From: Eledone cirrhosa
Taxonomy: Eukaryota
Length of the DNA: 64,000 bases
NCBI GenBank assembly: GCA_964016885.1
Contig: OZ024748.1
Location: forward strand, 49,352,001 to 49,416,000
Reading direction: 5' to 3'
Shown here: positions 51,801 to 62,931 of the stretch, one piece after another
How positions within the stretch are numbered: the stretch's first letter is position 1
How the letters are laid out: every line of letters starts with the position of its first letter
The notes under the pieces: model-generated
The model's database searches: none
What the model saw: only the letters and a program-made list of their open reading frames with translations
Told to the model about the DNA's origin: nothing
Position numbers and translations under genes: made by a program

Positions 51801-53619
51801 ACAAACAGAATGGTAAACAGTTGTCAGTGGGACAAACTGTTAACATTAGTATAGTATGAAGTACTATAGTATATATACTATTACAATAGTATGGAGTGTA
51901 GCTAATATATAGCCATAGAGATATATAGATATATACTTAGGTACACACACATATACATTCACATATATATACATCCATCCACACATATACACATACAAAC
52001 ATATACACATAAACATGTCCACATGTATACAAACATGTACACATACATATATACACAGACACACACAAACATGTATACATACAAACACACATACAAACAT
52101 GTACACATACATACACATGTACACTGATATGCACAAATATGTACACATACACACACAAACACACATGTACACACACACATAATAGAAGAATGTGGAGAGA
52201 GAACTGAACTTACCACAGAGTTCATTGGGAAGGCAACACCAATTAAAGACGACATCAAAGGAGCAATATCAGCCTGCAAAATGTAAGGGCAAACATCATC
52301 ATCATATATATATAAAAGTCAATTTGCATATGTGGCTGTGTGTATATAGTGTAGATACATTACTTTAAACTTTGATAGGTTTCGGCCAGTATTGGCCCAT
52401 ATACTGTAAATGAGGTTGGTGTTAGGAAGGGCATCCAGCTGTAGAAATCAAGCCAAATCAGTACTTGTATGAGCAAGGCATGGTCAGCCGACCAGACACT
52501 CCCCACAACAGGACAACCTGTCTAACCCATGCTAGCGTGGAAGAACTGACGTAAAACGGTGATGATGATGATGATGATGATGATGGTATATATAATTGGT
52601 GTTGGATGCTTAAAGCGTCCGTATGCGGTAGGCCATATGAGCACTTGATGCCCTCATAGAGCAGAGTATGATATCACAGAAAAAAAAGAATCAGTGATGC
52701 GACGAAAGGAATTTATTGGACATATTACAATTGTTTCTCTGGCGACCAGCTCGTGGCATGATCGATGTGGTGATCAAACCTGACTCTGAAATCGCGCGGT
52801 CCTTGGATACATCTCGATTCTACGAAGCAGATTTTCCTATTTTTTCTGCGATATATATATATATATATATCAATGATATTAATTGTTTCTACTTTTGGCA
52901 CAAGGCCAGCAATTACCCAGTGCATTACTGGTACTTTATTTTATCTACCCCATAAGGATGAAAGGCAAAGTGAACCTCGGCGGGATTTGAACTCAGACCG
53001 TAGAGGGATGTAACTATGCTGGAAAGCATGGCGTCCGACTCTCTACCGATACTGCCAATCCACCACCATTAAAATAAATATGGTTTTATGAATATAGTTT
53101 CCATTTATCAATGATATTAATAAATGGAAACTATATTCATAAAACCATATTTATTTTATTATATATATTTCAAGGGTACCAACATTTTGGTACGCTCTCA
53201 TCAGATAAAATACAAAATTTGTTTTATAAATGGTGACATACCCAAGAAACCAGACCTTATCGGTTCAGGTTCAGTTCGGACAGTGAAAGAAAAATTTCAA
53301 ATCTTTAGGATGAATATGTAAATGAGGTTGAAACGTAAGGCTGAAAAAAGATCGTTATATTTAGACGCTAGGTAAATTTAAATAATCATTAGGATAATTT
53401 ATAAGGTTAATTTATAAAAAGAAAAAAAGAGAGGCTAATATTAATATTATGGTGTAAGACAATTTAAGGAATGATTATAAGAAAAAAATTATACTTAGAA
53501 ATACTCTATTATTATTAAGATAAAATAAAGTACCAGTAATGCACTGGGTAATTGCTGACCTTGTGCCAAAAGTAGAAACAATTATTACTGCCTATGGACG
53601 CATTTATTGCAACCATACA

Positions 53620-53685
<66 letters not shown>

Positions 53686-56600
53686 TTCGTATCTAGCTGT
53701 TGAAATGGCCGGAGCTCAGCCGTCGGGGTCCTGACTCTTTTCCTATATATATATATTGTTATACTTGGGGAGGGTCATATTGTTGTAATAATATTGCCAG
53801 AAATAATAACAGAACACACTCACTGTTTGGTTGGTTTTCGCTTCTGTATCTTTTATATCAGTTAATTAATTCGGTCCTCAATGTTTACCATTGACTGACC
53901 AACGGTCAAAAATACAGATATAATATAGATATAAACACATATATATAGTCTAACCCTCCCCAAGTATAACAATATTTGTTTCGACGCACGATTTCATATG
54001 AAAAACCTCGCAAAACAAATATATATATATATATATATATCATCATCATCATCATCGTTTAACGTCCACATTCCACGCTTGCATGGGTTTGGACGGGAGT
54101 TTTCCCACTTGAGGCAAGAGGGGTTGTCTTGCTTGCATAGGACTGTCTGATATATATAAATATATATATATTTTTTAAAAATTTAATTATATAATAAACA
54201 ACACAAAATAATTATATTGTGTTGTTTATTATATAATTAAATAGTTCTGTACTATATGTAGAGCACTCTTCTTTCCTTTATCTTTGCTACGGAAATACCT
54301 AACACACACAGATATATATATATAAAGCTATACCAACCTGCTCAACATCTGTTCTGAAAAGATGACTCAGATACCAATCTGAAAAATAAAAAAATAATAA
54401 TAAGAATAACGGTTTCTGATTTAGGCACCAGGCGAGCTATTTTTGGAGAGGGGAGAGTCAATTAAATTAACCCCAGTACATTACTGGTGCTTTATTTTAT
54501 CGACCCCGTAAGGATGAAAGACAAAGCTAACCTTGGCAGGACTTCAACTCAGAACGCAAAGGGCCGTAACTCTGTGCCGTGCAGCATAGTGTCCGATGCT
54601 CTGTTGATTCTACAAATCTACCACACCAATAATAATATTATTAATTGTTTCAATTTTTGGCACAAGGCCAGCAATTATCCAGTGTATTACTGGTACTTTA
54701 TTTTATCGACCCCGTAAGGATGAAAGGCAAAGTTAACCTCGCCAGGATTTGAACTCAGAATGGAAAGGGCCGTAACTCTTTGCGTCAAAGCATGGCGTCC
54801 GACCCTCTACCGATACTGCCAATCCACCGCCTTAATAATAATAATAATAATGTTTCTAATCTAGACACAACAAGGCCAGCAGATTTGGGAGAAGGGTGAA
54901 GTCAATAAATCAACCCCAGTATATGACTGGTGCCTTATCAACCTCAGAAAATGAAAGGCAAATTCCACCTCAGCAGGATTTAAACTCGGAATATAGAAAG
55001 CATGAAAGAAAATACTGCAAAGTAACTTGTCTGACGCTCTACTGATTCTAGCAATCTGCTCTCATTTATTGCCACAATGGTGATAGATGGGAGATATTAT
55101 GAAGATGTAGTACAAAATGGTAGGAGATTTATATCTGGTGTAGGTAACAGGCAGGAAAAATATACAATAAAAACACAAACATTTAAATGAAGTATTTATG
55201 ATGAAAGGGTCTAAATAGAGGGACAGCCATCTAGGAGCAATCACAGTAGGCCCATCATAAAGTGGGGGTACTGGATGTCATTGCCTCTCTACCCCCTTTA
55301 CTTTTCAATGGTGCGCCTTTAGAATCTCGACTAATGATCAAAAGATTACGATCATGAATACAAGTAGCCAGAAGGCTACTTGTATTCATGATCGTAATCT
55401 TTGGGGTTCCTCCAAAGGGTCTTTGGAGTAATGTTACTCAATAGAGTGTGTAGCTTGGAGATCAGAGAGATGCTCCAGGGGACACACAGGAATACGATGA
55501 ACCTATTCTAAACTGGGTACACACGGGGACACACACAGGAATACGATGAACCTATTCTAAACTGGGTACACACGGGGGACACACAGGAATACGATGAACC
55601 TATTCTAAACTGGGTACACACGGGGGACACACAGGAATACAATGAACCTATTCTAAACTGGGTACACACGGAGGACATACAGGGATATGATGAACCTATT
55701 CTAAACTGGGTACACACGGAGGACATACAGGGATATGATAAACCTACTCTAAACTGGGTACACACAGGAATACGATGAACCTATTCTAAACTGGGTACAC
55801 ACGGGGGACACACAGGAATACGATGAACCTATTCTAAACTGGGTACACACGGGGGACACACAGGAATACGATGAACCTATTCTAAACTGGGTACACACGG
55901 GACACACACAGGAATACGATGAACCTATTCTAAACTGGGTACACACGGGGGACACACAGGAATACGATGAACCTATTCTAAACTGGGTACACACGGGACA
56001 CACACAGGAATACGATGAACCTATTCTAAACTGGGTACACACGGGGGACATACAGGAATACGATGAACCTATTCTAAACTGGGTACACACGGGACACACA
56101 CAGGAATACGATGAACCTATTCTAAACTGGGTACACACGGGACACACACAGGAATACGATGAACCTATTCTAAACTGGGTACACATGGGGGACATACAGG
56201 GATATGATGAACCTATTCTAAACTGGATACACACGGAGGACATACAATCAGTATAACAATTATTTATTAACCCTTTAATGTTCAAACCGGCCAAAATTCT
56301 CTACCTTTTTCTGTTCAACTGGCTATAACTGGTCACTCATACTGATGTTAAGGTATTGTTCTCAAAATAAATACTTTCAAAATCTCATAGATTTGATATT
56401 ATGTGAGGTAATTATGCGAGGTAAAGCCTTTACCATGAAAATATAATAGTATCATCATCATCATCATCATCATCAGGTTTAGCGTCCGTGTTCCACGCTT
56501 GCATGGGTTTGGACGGGGGTTTTCCCACTTGAGGCAAGAGTGGTTGTCTTGCTCGCATAGGACTGTCTGGCGGGTTTTCTACAGTTGGATGCCCTTCCTA

Positions 56601-59600
56601 ACACCAACCACATTTACAGTGTGGGGCTGGGAGGTTTTTACCGTGTTGCCTACACGGCCACATTTACAGCGTGGACTGTGTGTTTTTTGTCGTGACACCT
56701 ACACGATCTCATTTGTTTCGGCCTAGATGTTGTGGGACCAACATAACTTTACATTGAAAGGGGCGGTGTGGGTGGGGTGGAGGTGGTGGGACGGGGGTGT
56801 GTTTTGATAGAGGTGCCTACTGACTGTAGTAGGTTTTTACTTTGTATTTAGGTAAGGCGGGTCTTCTCTATTACTGAGTACCGCCAAAGGTCTCGGTCCA
56901 GTGACATTGTCTTGGAGAGGTGTAAGCGTGTGAGGTCGGAATTTATCAGCTCGTCCCATGTTTTTCTGGGTCTGCCTACTCCGTGGCTACCGTCTATCTT
57001 TATTGCCCTGCACTTTGTTATACAGCTGTCGTCTTTCATGCGCATCACGTGACCGTACCAACGTAGCCTTCTCTCGAGTAAACAACATCTGATCCCTCTT
57101 ATTTCTAATTTTTTCCTTAGTTCGTTTATGCTTTGCCGTTCACGTATATTACTATTGCACATCCAGCGGAGCATGCAAGCTTCGTTCCTCTCTAGTCTGC
57201 GTATATCCTCTGCACACAATGCCCAGGTCTCACTGCCATGCAGCATTGCTGTTCGTATGCAGGCATCGTATAACCTGCCTTTCATTTTTAGGGAGAACCC
57301 TCTAGCGGCTAATAGTGGTATAAGCTCTCTGAACTTTTTCCATCCAGTTCTGACTCTAGCTACTGTACTTTCAGAGCACCCTCCCCCACTGCTGATTTTG
57401 TCACCCAGATAACGGAAGCTGTCCACTATTTCTATAGAACCCTCTGCGCAGTTGAAGGAGCTAGTATTTTGTGGGCACTTGCTGCTACTTATTGCACCAG
57501 AGCACCGGCCACATGTAAAATCTATGTTCTTAGTTAGCTTACCTGTGATCCCACTACATCTTTTAAGTATATATAGAGTAATGTGAATGCTAAAGGGTTA
57601 AAGTACGAGCTAAGGAACACTAACATCTAAATATCAAAACAAAGGGTATACCTTCAGAAAAATTATCAGTAATATCGGATTGTTTTCTGGCAGGCATAGC
57701 AGCACGGATTCCTGCTCCCCATGCAACTAATGGAGTTAATGTCTCATGTGGGTTACCAGCGCCATGGGAACCTGTATAGAAATGGAAAATCTTTTATTCA
57801 CAGTTGTATAAAAAATATAATAATATAATGGTAACAGAATGAAAACACAGACACATACAAAGCAGGTAATACACACATCTAGGACCACATACACCAAAAG
57901 GGAGGCGAAAGGGGTGGACAAACGAATCACTGCCAGAGCATCATCATCATCATCATAATCTTTGTTTAATGTCCATCTTCCACGCTAGCATGGGTTTAGA
58001 CGGGACAAGGTTGGTCGGGTGACCGTGTCTCGCTCGTATAGGTCTGTCGGGCAGGTTTTCTACGGCTGGATGCCCTTCCTAACACCAACCACATTTACAG
58101 TGTGGAACTGGGAACTTTTTACCTTGTAAAATGGTCATGTTCGTGACACGATAAAAAGTCCACAGTCCACCCTGTAAGGTGGTTGTGTGCATTTTACAAT
58201 GAAAAAGTACCCAGTTCAACACATCAGTTGGTCATTTTGGTGCTACAATAAAATGTGGTTGGTTTTAGGAAGGGCATCCGGACATACAAACCAAGCCCAA
58301 AACAGTTTGTTTCACAATGGGACACTTCGTCTAACTCATGCTAGCGTGTTGATGATGATGATGATGATCATCATCATCACCACTTAATGCCTCTCTTCCC
58401 TGTTAGTTACTGACCTCCTCTCAGATGGGCCAAGCGCATACATCTCACTTACATATGTTTCCATGCTCCAGTGAATGTATTTTATCATGGCATCAGCACT
58501 AAGGAGGATGTCATGTCTTTGACATAGCTGAAGAGTCTTCTTAACCCTTTCTTTGGTAAGTTTTCTATGACTGGATGTTCCAGCATGGCACCAGTCTAAT
58601 GACTGTAACCAATAAAAGAATAAAAGAAAGAATAAAATAATATAGAAATCCTCCCTACCCCAATTAGTCATTCCATGATCAGCCGTTAGTATAAAAGCTG
58701 TTTTGCCGTCTCTGCCATAAAAATCCTCAAAGACATGTACAATCTCCCTGACTCCTTCATCAACAATTTCGATATTTTTTAAATATTCTCTGTAAAATAA
58801 ATAATTGTATTAAATAATTGTTTCTACTATTGGCACAAGGCCAGAAATTACCCAGTACATTACTGGTACTTTATTTTATCGACCCCGTAAGGATGAAAGG
58901 CAAAGTTAACCTCGGCGGGATTTGAACTCAGAATGGCAAGGGCCGTAACTCTATGCGTCAAAGCATGGCGTGCGACCCTCTACCGATACTGCCAATCCAC
59001 CGCCCTAATTAATTGTATTAAATAATAATAAACAACAAGCACTTTAATGCCATTTTCTTTGTTAAACATGACTCCCATCTCATTCTATTTCTCTTTACAA
59101 CATCCATCACTGGCTCTATTCCCATCGCTCTTCTCACCCAGCCACTTTCAGCCTTCCTCAACACATGACTCAACCATCTCATTCTATTTCTCTTCACAAC
59201 ATCCATCACTACATTATTGTAGTTCTCAGGGAGACTCGGCATAATACAGTGTGTGACACAACTGGCCTCCTTTTGAATTACAGGTACAGTCAATCTTGTA
59301 TTCTAGTGTAAGTGGCTGAGCATTCCACAGACTTGTGCATCAGGTAGTTTTCAGGGAGACTCAGCATGACTAAGTGTTTGACAAAGCTGGTCCTATGAAC
59401 TACAGCTACAACTCATTTTTGTCAGCTGAGTGAACTGGGGGCAATGTGGAATAAAGTGTCTTGCTCAAGGTTACAATAACGCACCACCAGAAATTGAACT
59501 CACAACCTTACAATCATGAGCGGAACACCCTAACTACAAAGCCATACACCTTAGGCATGAGATAAAGCAGCGTATTTACTTACTCAGAATGTGGACGCCG

Positions 59601-60669
59601 GGAATGTCCATTTGTGTCAATGCCGAGCAAATGTAAGAAGAAAGCTATTTTACCACTCATCAACTTCTCTTTAAGTTCTTGATCATCTTTAGCTTGGTGA
59701 AAGAAATCCTAGAGAAGTAGAAAAACAATTATACTGTAAATACTCGTGTATAATTTGCAGTTCTTTCTTTGAAAATACATGTAAAAACCAGCATACCACC
59801 ACACATTCTGTGACCTCTTCAGTGACTGGGGATTCTTTTCTTTGTTTTGTGCCTCTCCTTTGTTCTGTCCTACGCCATCTTGTTTTTGTGTGTGTTGTGT
59901 GCTTAGTTTGCGCATGTGTTACATCCGGGTGTCTGTGTATGTTTTTATTTGTTTATTTACATGTTACTAGTTGGTTGTTTGTTCTATGTGTGTGTATTTT
60001 CATGGACCTATAAAAACAGCAATAATATATGCTACATTGAAAAAATGTGGGTGTAAAATGGAAGTGCATCATATACACAAGTATATGTGTGTGTATATAT
60101 ATATATCATCATCATCATCATCATCAACGTTTAACGTCCGTGTTCCACGCTTGCATATATATATATATATAACGAAGGAAATGTGGTAAGGAACCAGGTG
60201 GACCATAACACACCAAAGTACTCAATACTTAGGGTAGTAGAGTGGGTAATAGGAACGAGTAGGACTCCGACGGCTGAGCTCAAGCCGTTTCGACGGCTAA
60301 TTCTGGACTAAATGACTAAATTATTGCCATTTAGTCCAGAATTAGCCGTCGGGGTCCTACTCGTTCCTCTATATATATATATATATATAGGAAAATAGCC
60401 AGGATCCCGACGGCTGAGCTCCGGCTCTCTCTCTCTATCTCTCTATATATATATTGGGTGGTGGATTGGCAGTATCAGTAGAGCATCGGACACCATATTT
60501 TGCGGCATAGAGTTATGGCACTTTACATTTTGAGTTCAAATCCTGCCAAGGTTAGCTTTACCTTTTAATCCTTATGGGGCCGATAAAATAAAGCACCAGT
60601 AACATACTGGGGTCGATTTTATCAACTTTTCCCTCCTCCGAAATTGTTGGCCTTGTGCCTAAATCTGAA

Positions 60670-60700
<31 letters not shown>

Positions 60701-62931
60701 GTAGTAGTAGTAGTAGTACAGATTAAAAGTTTAGGCAAAAAGATCCTGCTTTCACCCTAAGTAGGATCTTCTGAAACTGAGAAAAATTAATCTGGAGATG
60801 CAGAGGTAAATATTTCAAAAAAGTTACAACTAAATACTGCCTTAAGAAAACTGGAAGACATAATGGTAGTACGTGAAGACGTTCAATTGAGATGAGTGAA
60901 ATATATGCAAGGAGAATTACATCATTATGTGGAGCGAGTAGAACAAAAGCAGGAGACTAATCATCATCATCATCATCGTTTAACGTCCATGTTCCACGCT
61001 TGCATGGGTTTGGACGGGGGTTTTCCCACTTGAGGCAAGAGTGGTTGTCTTGCTCGCATAGGACTGTCTGGCGGGTTTTCTACAGCTGGATGCCCTTCCT
61101 AACACCAACCACATTTACAGTGTGGGACTGGGAGGTTTTTACCGTGTTGCCTACACGGCCACATTACAGCGTGGACTGTCTGGCGGGTTTTCTACAGCTG
61201 GATGCCCTTCCTAACACCAACCACATTTACAGTGTGGGACTGGGAGGTTTTTACCGTGTTGCCTACACGGCCACATTACAGCGTGGACTGTGTGTTTTTT
61301 GTCGTGACACCTACACGATCTCATTTGTTTCGGCCTAATATTCTTTTTAAAATAGCCAAATGATTTCCAGCTACCATATATGGAAAATGATGTTAATAAA
61401 AGTAAAATGATTAAACAAAAAACTGAAGGTATTAATAATAATTGTTTCTACTATTGGCACAAGGCCAGCAATTATCCCAATGTATTACTGGTACTTTATT
61501 TCATCGACCCCCGGGATTTGAACTCAGACCATAAAGGGGCTTAACTCTATGCTGCAAAGCATAGCGTCCGACCCTCTACCGATACTGCCAATCCACCGCC
61601 CTTTATTAATAATAATAAAAGTAATTATTAATAATAATAAAAGTAATTTTTATTAATAATAATAAAAGTAATGAGAACATTAATAGTAATGTTTGGAGAT
61701 TTAGGGTCATACATAATTATACTCTGACCGGTGGGGATGCATGCATAAACAAAGATATAGAGTGTATAAAAATTATACACACAAGTATACACATATACAC
61801 ATGTATGCATGTACACATGTATGCACATGTATGTTTGCATATGTGCGCACAAATGAATACACACACATACATATACTTGTACATATATGCATATAAATAT
61901 ATGCACTTTACTATCATTATGAGGAGGGTCTCACCAGTTGGTGATGCCATATCCTGTTCAAAGCGGAACTGTAATTTGGAAGCTGGGTGGTCATATTGTG
62001 AAGGGCGGTTTGGGCAGTTGGCCACACCATGCCCTGCTCATAGTGGGGTCATGTTTAGGCTGGGTTTTTACAGCTGCTGGATGCCCTTCCTACTGCCAAC
62101 CATGTTTACAGTGTGGAACTAGGTGGTCCTGTTATGAGGAGGGGGTCTGGCCAGTTGGCTGCACCATAACCTGCTTGTAGCAGAATTGTGGAACTAGGTA
62201 GTCCCATTATGAGGTAGGTCTGGCCAGTTGGTCATGTTGTACCCTGCTTATAGTGAGACCTTATATATATAATATATATATATACTGTATATGCTTGTGT
62301 ATAAGACATCTTTGCCCTTGAAAATATGTGACTTATACACAGGTATAATGTTTCATCTACAGAGGAATGCTATAAAAGGCTGGTATCTTATCCAGTGAGG
62401 AAGATATCTCAGAAAATCCTACTGCAGCCTCAGCTCAGAATATATGGTTCAAATATTAAGTTACTATCTTAATGAAATAATTAATCCCTGAAAATATTTC
62501 ATTAAGTAATTGAAATAGAGTGTATTTCATTAAAAATATGATGACAGTAGGGTTAAAACACTAATTCCAGCATGGAAAAAAAAGCAAAAACAAAAAACTG
62601 ACATAAAAAATGAAGACAATGTTGGTGATGGTGGTGGTGGTGATGATAGTGGAGGTGGTGGTGATGATGGTGGTAGTGATGGTGATGGTGGTGAGTGGTG
62701 GTGGTGGTGATGGTGATAGTGGTGGTGAGTGGTGAGTGGTGGTGGTGGTAAGTGGTGGTGGTGGTGATGGTGATGATTATGATGGTCTTGTTTGTGAGTA
62801 AATAAAATCATCAATTTCACTTACCTTAACACTTGAGAAAACATAGGTATCAAGCCTGGATGGGTCTTTGCCACCAAAATCTATCTCTTTTTCTTCATAC
62901 ATTGACAAGTGAATGTGTTGGTAGGAATCTC
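22673..62931 (-). CDS. PIGN: GPI ethanolamine phosphate transferase 1 (PIGN/MCD4), 26 coding exons to the stop codon; 5' exons lie beyond the window
   Basis: Motifs [55 protein letters not shown] and [17 protein letters not shown]; 2363 nt joined in consistent phase. Confidence 0.97.
23400..25370 (-). mobile_element. Older RTE endonuclease/RT remnant with a younger RTE 3' end inserted (24408-25150)
   Basis: [24 protein letters not shown]...[12 protein letters not shown]; SQIDFIL motif near 25320; RRLRWYGHV. Confidence 0.88.
25556..25597 (+). ncRNA. Degenerate hammerhead-like motif (family also at 45215-45255 + and 45468-45510 -)
   Basis: tatctt-CTAATGA-aggattagtgtct-GAAACGTA-aagata; downstream flank is shared with the 45190-45530 inverted pair. 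Confidence 0.45.
26273..26389 (-). CDS. PIGN: PIGN exon ([13 protein letters not shown]...LSDVMAM)
   Basis: 117 nt; GT-AG. Confidence 0.93.
26480..26725 (+). mobile_element. tRNA-derived SINE family C (Meta-like domain); also 6570-6835 - and 20470-20610 -
   Basis: aaccctgtgatggactggcatcctgtcca...agaaacc motif. Confidence 0.65.
27201..27276 (-). CDS. PIGN: PIGN exon ([26 protein letters not shown])
   Basis: 76 nt; conserved. Confidence 0.95.
28207..28262 (-). CDS. PIGN: PIGN exon ([18 protein letters not shown])
   Basis: 56 nt; conserved motif; TTCCTTAAT branch site. Confidence 0.95.
28263..29565 (-). other. U12-type GT-AG intron in PIGN
   Basis: 5' site GTATCCTTT; branch site TTCCTTAAT at 28271-28279. 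Confidence 0.88.
29566..29655 (-). CDS. PIGN: PIGN exon (LKTLEFGS...EDIRRAYFF), U12-type donor
   Basis: 90 nt; DIRRA motif; donor GTATCCTTT. Confidence 0.9.
30247..30442. mobile_element. Pogo/Tigger-type MITE
   Basis: Imperfect TIRs taccttatatacttgaatataagc and ggcttatattcgactatatacgata. Confidence 0.65.
31024..31123 (-). CDS. PIGN: PIGN exon ([12 protein letters not shown]...HPDE)
   Basis: 100 nt; TCCTTAAC branch site upstream. Confidence 0.88.
31124..32364 (-). other. U12-type GT-AG intron in PIGN
   Basis: 5' site GTATCCTTT; branch site TCCTTAAC at 31136-31143. Confidence 0.9.
32365..32467 (-). CDS. PIGN: PIGN exon ([11 protein letters not shown]...YTLMST), U12-type donor
   Basis: 103 nt; donor GTATCCTTT. 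Confidence 0.9.
33740..34430 (-). mobile_element. Penelope-like retroelement fragment (Naiad/Neptune-like): RT thumb, Cys linker and GIY-YIG endonuclease, disrupted
   Basis: [28 protein letters not shown]...KLGYSC; CSC; VIYEA...[13 protein letters not shown]; CGLCIEE...[13 protein letters not shown]. Confidence 0.88.
34506..34614 (-). CDS. PIGN: PIGN exon ([11 protein letters not shown]...[15 protein letters not shown])
   Basis: 109 nt; resembles QGLPLMNQIISW. Confidence 0.92.
35314..35365 (-). CDS. PIGN: PIGN exon ([17 protein letters not shown])
   Basis: 52 nt; tttatag acceptor, gtaact donor; phase-consistent. Confidence 0.78.
35500..36060. repeat. Minisatellite, about 48 bp unit related to the SINE A/RTE tail
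   Basis: cactctgtaaagtggtagtgctagtgccacaatataatacacccagta; a degenerate array lies at 32610-32860. Confidence 0.9.
36385..36435 (-). CDS. PIGN: PIGN exon ([16 protein letters not shown])
   Basis: 51 nt; phase-consistent. Confidence 0.8.
   Translation of the reverse strand, partial: NSCWCCGYFLGTLYST
37622..37713 (-). CDS. PIGN: PIGN exon ([22 protein letters not shown]...)
   Basis: 92 nt; resembles FPLMPVV. Confidence 0.9.
38055..38275. repeat. Minisatellite, 18-19 bp unit
   Basis: cagccccttggtcatca. Confidence 0.88.
38797..38889 (-). CDS. PIGN: PIGN exon ([22 protein letters not shown]...)
   Basis: 93 nt; resembles VLSFFYR. Confidence 0.9.
40614..40716 (-). CDS. PIGN: PIGN exon (KDIILTAIK...IGLEIL)
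   Basis: 103 nt; GT-AG. Confidence 0.88.
41840..43260 (+). mobile_element. R4/Dong-clade non-LTR retrotransposon, 3' half (RT end, CCHC, RLE), decayed
   Basis: [66 protein letters not shown]; flanked by TAA-rich tracts. Confidence 0.88.
43289..43361 (-). CDS. PIGN: PIGN exon ([24 protein letters not shown])
   Basis: 73 nt; resembles PWTYYVYGLLPLPIW. Confidence 0.9.
44041..44228 (-). CDS. PIGN: PIGN exon ([13 protein letters not shown]...IATFLF)
   Basis: 188 nt; hydrophobic segments; GT-AG. Confidence 0.88.
45001..45128 (+). pseudogene. Inverted, frameshifted duplicate of PIGN exon 58659-58789 with its acceptor
   Basis: ttacag AGAATATTTAAGAAATATCGAAGTTGTTGATGAAGGAATCAGAGAGATTGTACATGTC...GGCAAAACAGCTTTTATACTAATGGCTGAT aligns to the reverse complement of about 58678-58810. 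Confidence 0.92.
46304..46383 (-). CDS. PIGN: PIGN exon ([26 protein letters not shown])
   Basis: 80 nt; LALKGLxYYxTYDR motif. Confidence 0.93.
47765..47821 (-). CDS. PIGN: PIGN exon ([19 protein letters not shown])
   Basis: 57 nt; ttacag acceptor, gtaagt donor. Confidence 0.85.
47920..48355. repeat. Minisatellite, 24 bp unit, about 17 copies
   Basis: caagatatcaaagctactacacag. Confidence 0.92.
48419..48440 (-). CDS. PIGN: PIGN 22-nt micro-exon (SDLTTSIQ)
   Basis: tttatttcag acceptor, CAG|gtaaat donor; needed to restore phase between its neighbours. Confidence 0.8.
50027..50082 (-). CDS. PIGN: PIGN exon ([18 protein letters not shown])
   Basis: 56 nt; ttttag acceptor, gtgag donor. Confidence 0.88.
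50640..50940. repeat. Minisatellite with variable unit of about 44-62 bp
   Basis: gtaaggaagatacagaaccctagcttatctgagcacttggtaga. Confidence 0.88.
51703..51795 (-). CDS. PIGN: PIGN exon (GRLPINYL...[10 protein letters not shown])
   Basis: 93 nt; GT-AG boundaries. Confidence 0.93.
52214..52273 (-). CDS. PIGN: PIGN exon ([20 protein letters not shown])
   Basis: 60 nt; conserved. Confidence 0.95.
53152..53212 (-). ncRNA. Minimal type I hammerhead ribozyme, second family, in a PIGN intron
   Basis: tattttat-CTGATGA-gagcgtaccaaaatgttggtaccctt-GAAA-tatata-TA-ataaaata; flanks match 13200-13380. Confidence 0.8.
53753..53975. mobile_element. Small element with 22-bp terminal inverted repeats
   Basis: tattgttatacttggggagggt and accctccccaagtataacaata. 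Confidence 0.6.
54338..54378 (-). CDS. PIGN: PIGN exon ([14 protein letters not shown])
   Basis: 41 nt; ttcag acceptor, gttggt donor; resembles EWRLENWKRLDVNQ. Confidence 0.88.
55478..56245. repeat. Minisatellite, 48 bp unit, about 16 copies
   Basis: cacacaggaatacgatgaacctattctaaactgggtacacacggggga. Confidence 0.95.
56267..57601. mobile_element. TTAA-bounded non-autonomous DNA element split by the RTE insertion; uninterrupted copy at 39150-39350 in reverse orientation
   Basis: TTAACCCTT...AAGGGTTAA ends; the two halves join seamlessly in the 39150 copy. Confidence 0.7.
56450..57565 (-). mobile_element. RTE-clade LINE 3' end with (GAT)n tail
   Basis: FRYLGDKI...GWKKFREL...[20 protein letters not shown]...[11 protein letters not shown]...GRPRKTW. 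Confidence 0.92.
57652..57771 (-). CDS. PIGN: PIGN exon ([22 protein letters not shown]...)
   Basis: 120 nt; conserved motif. Confidence 0.95.
58659..58789 (-). CDS. PIGN: PIGN exon ([12 protein letters not shown]...TADHGMTNW)
   Basis: 131 nt; DHG motif. Confidence 0.96.
58805..59006 (-). mobile_element. tRNA-derived SINE family B (Nin/Deu-like core); copies at about 5005-5200, 12715-12895, 31170-31575, 36060-36335, 36790-36990, 41385-41830, 52875-53070, 54400-54840, 60455-60700, 61435-61610
   Basis: Core gcctttcatccttacggggtcgataaaataaagtaccag; (ATT)n tail; duplication taattgtattaaataat flanks this copy. Confidence 0.88.
59584..59708 (-). CDS. PIGN: PIGN exon (DFFHQAK...[17 protein letters not shown])
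   Basis: 125 nt; alkaline-phosphatase-superfamily metal-binding motif. Confidence 0.96.
62825..62931 (-). CDS. PIGN: PIGN exon (GDSYQHIHL...[10 protein letters not shown])
   Basis: 107 nt; ggcag acceptor, gtaag donor. Confidence 0.92.

Noticed and set aside
55508-56294. Cys-rich EGF-like ORF ([13 protein letters not shown])n
   Set aside because: 48-bp minisatellite derived from a dispersed repeat; the frame breaks within the array.
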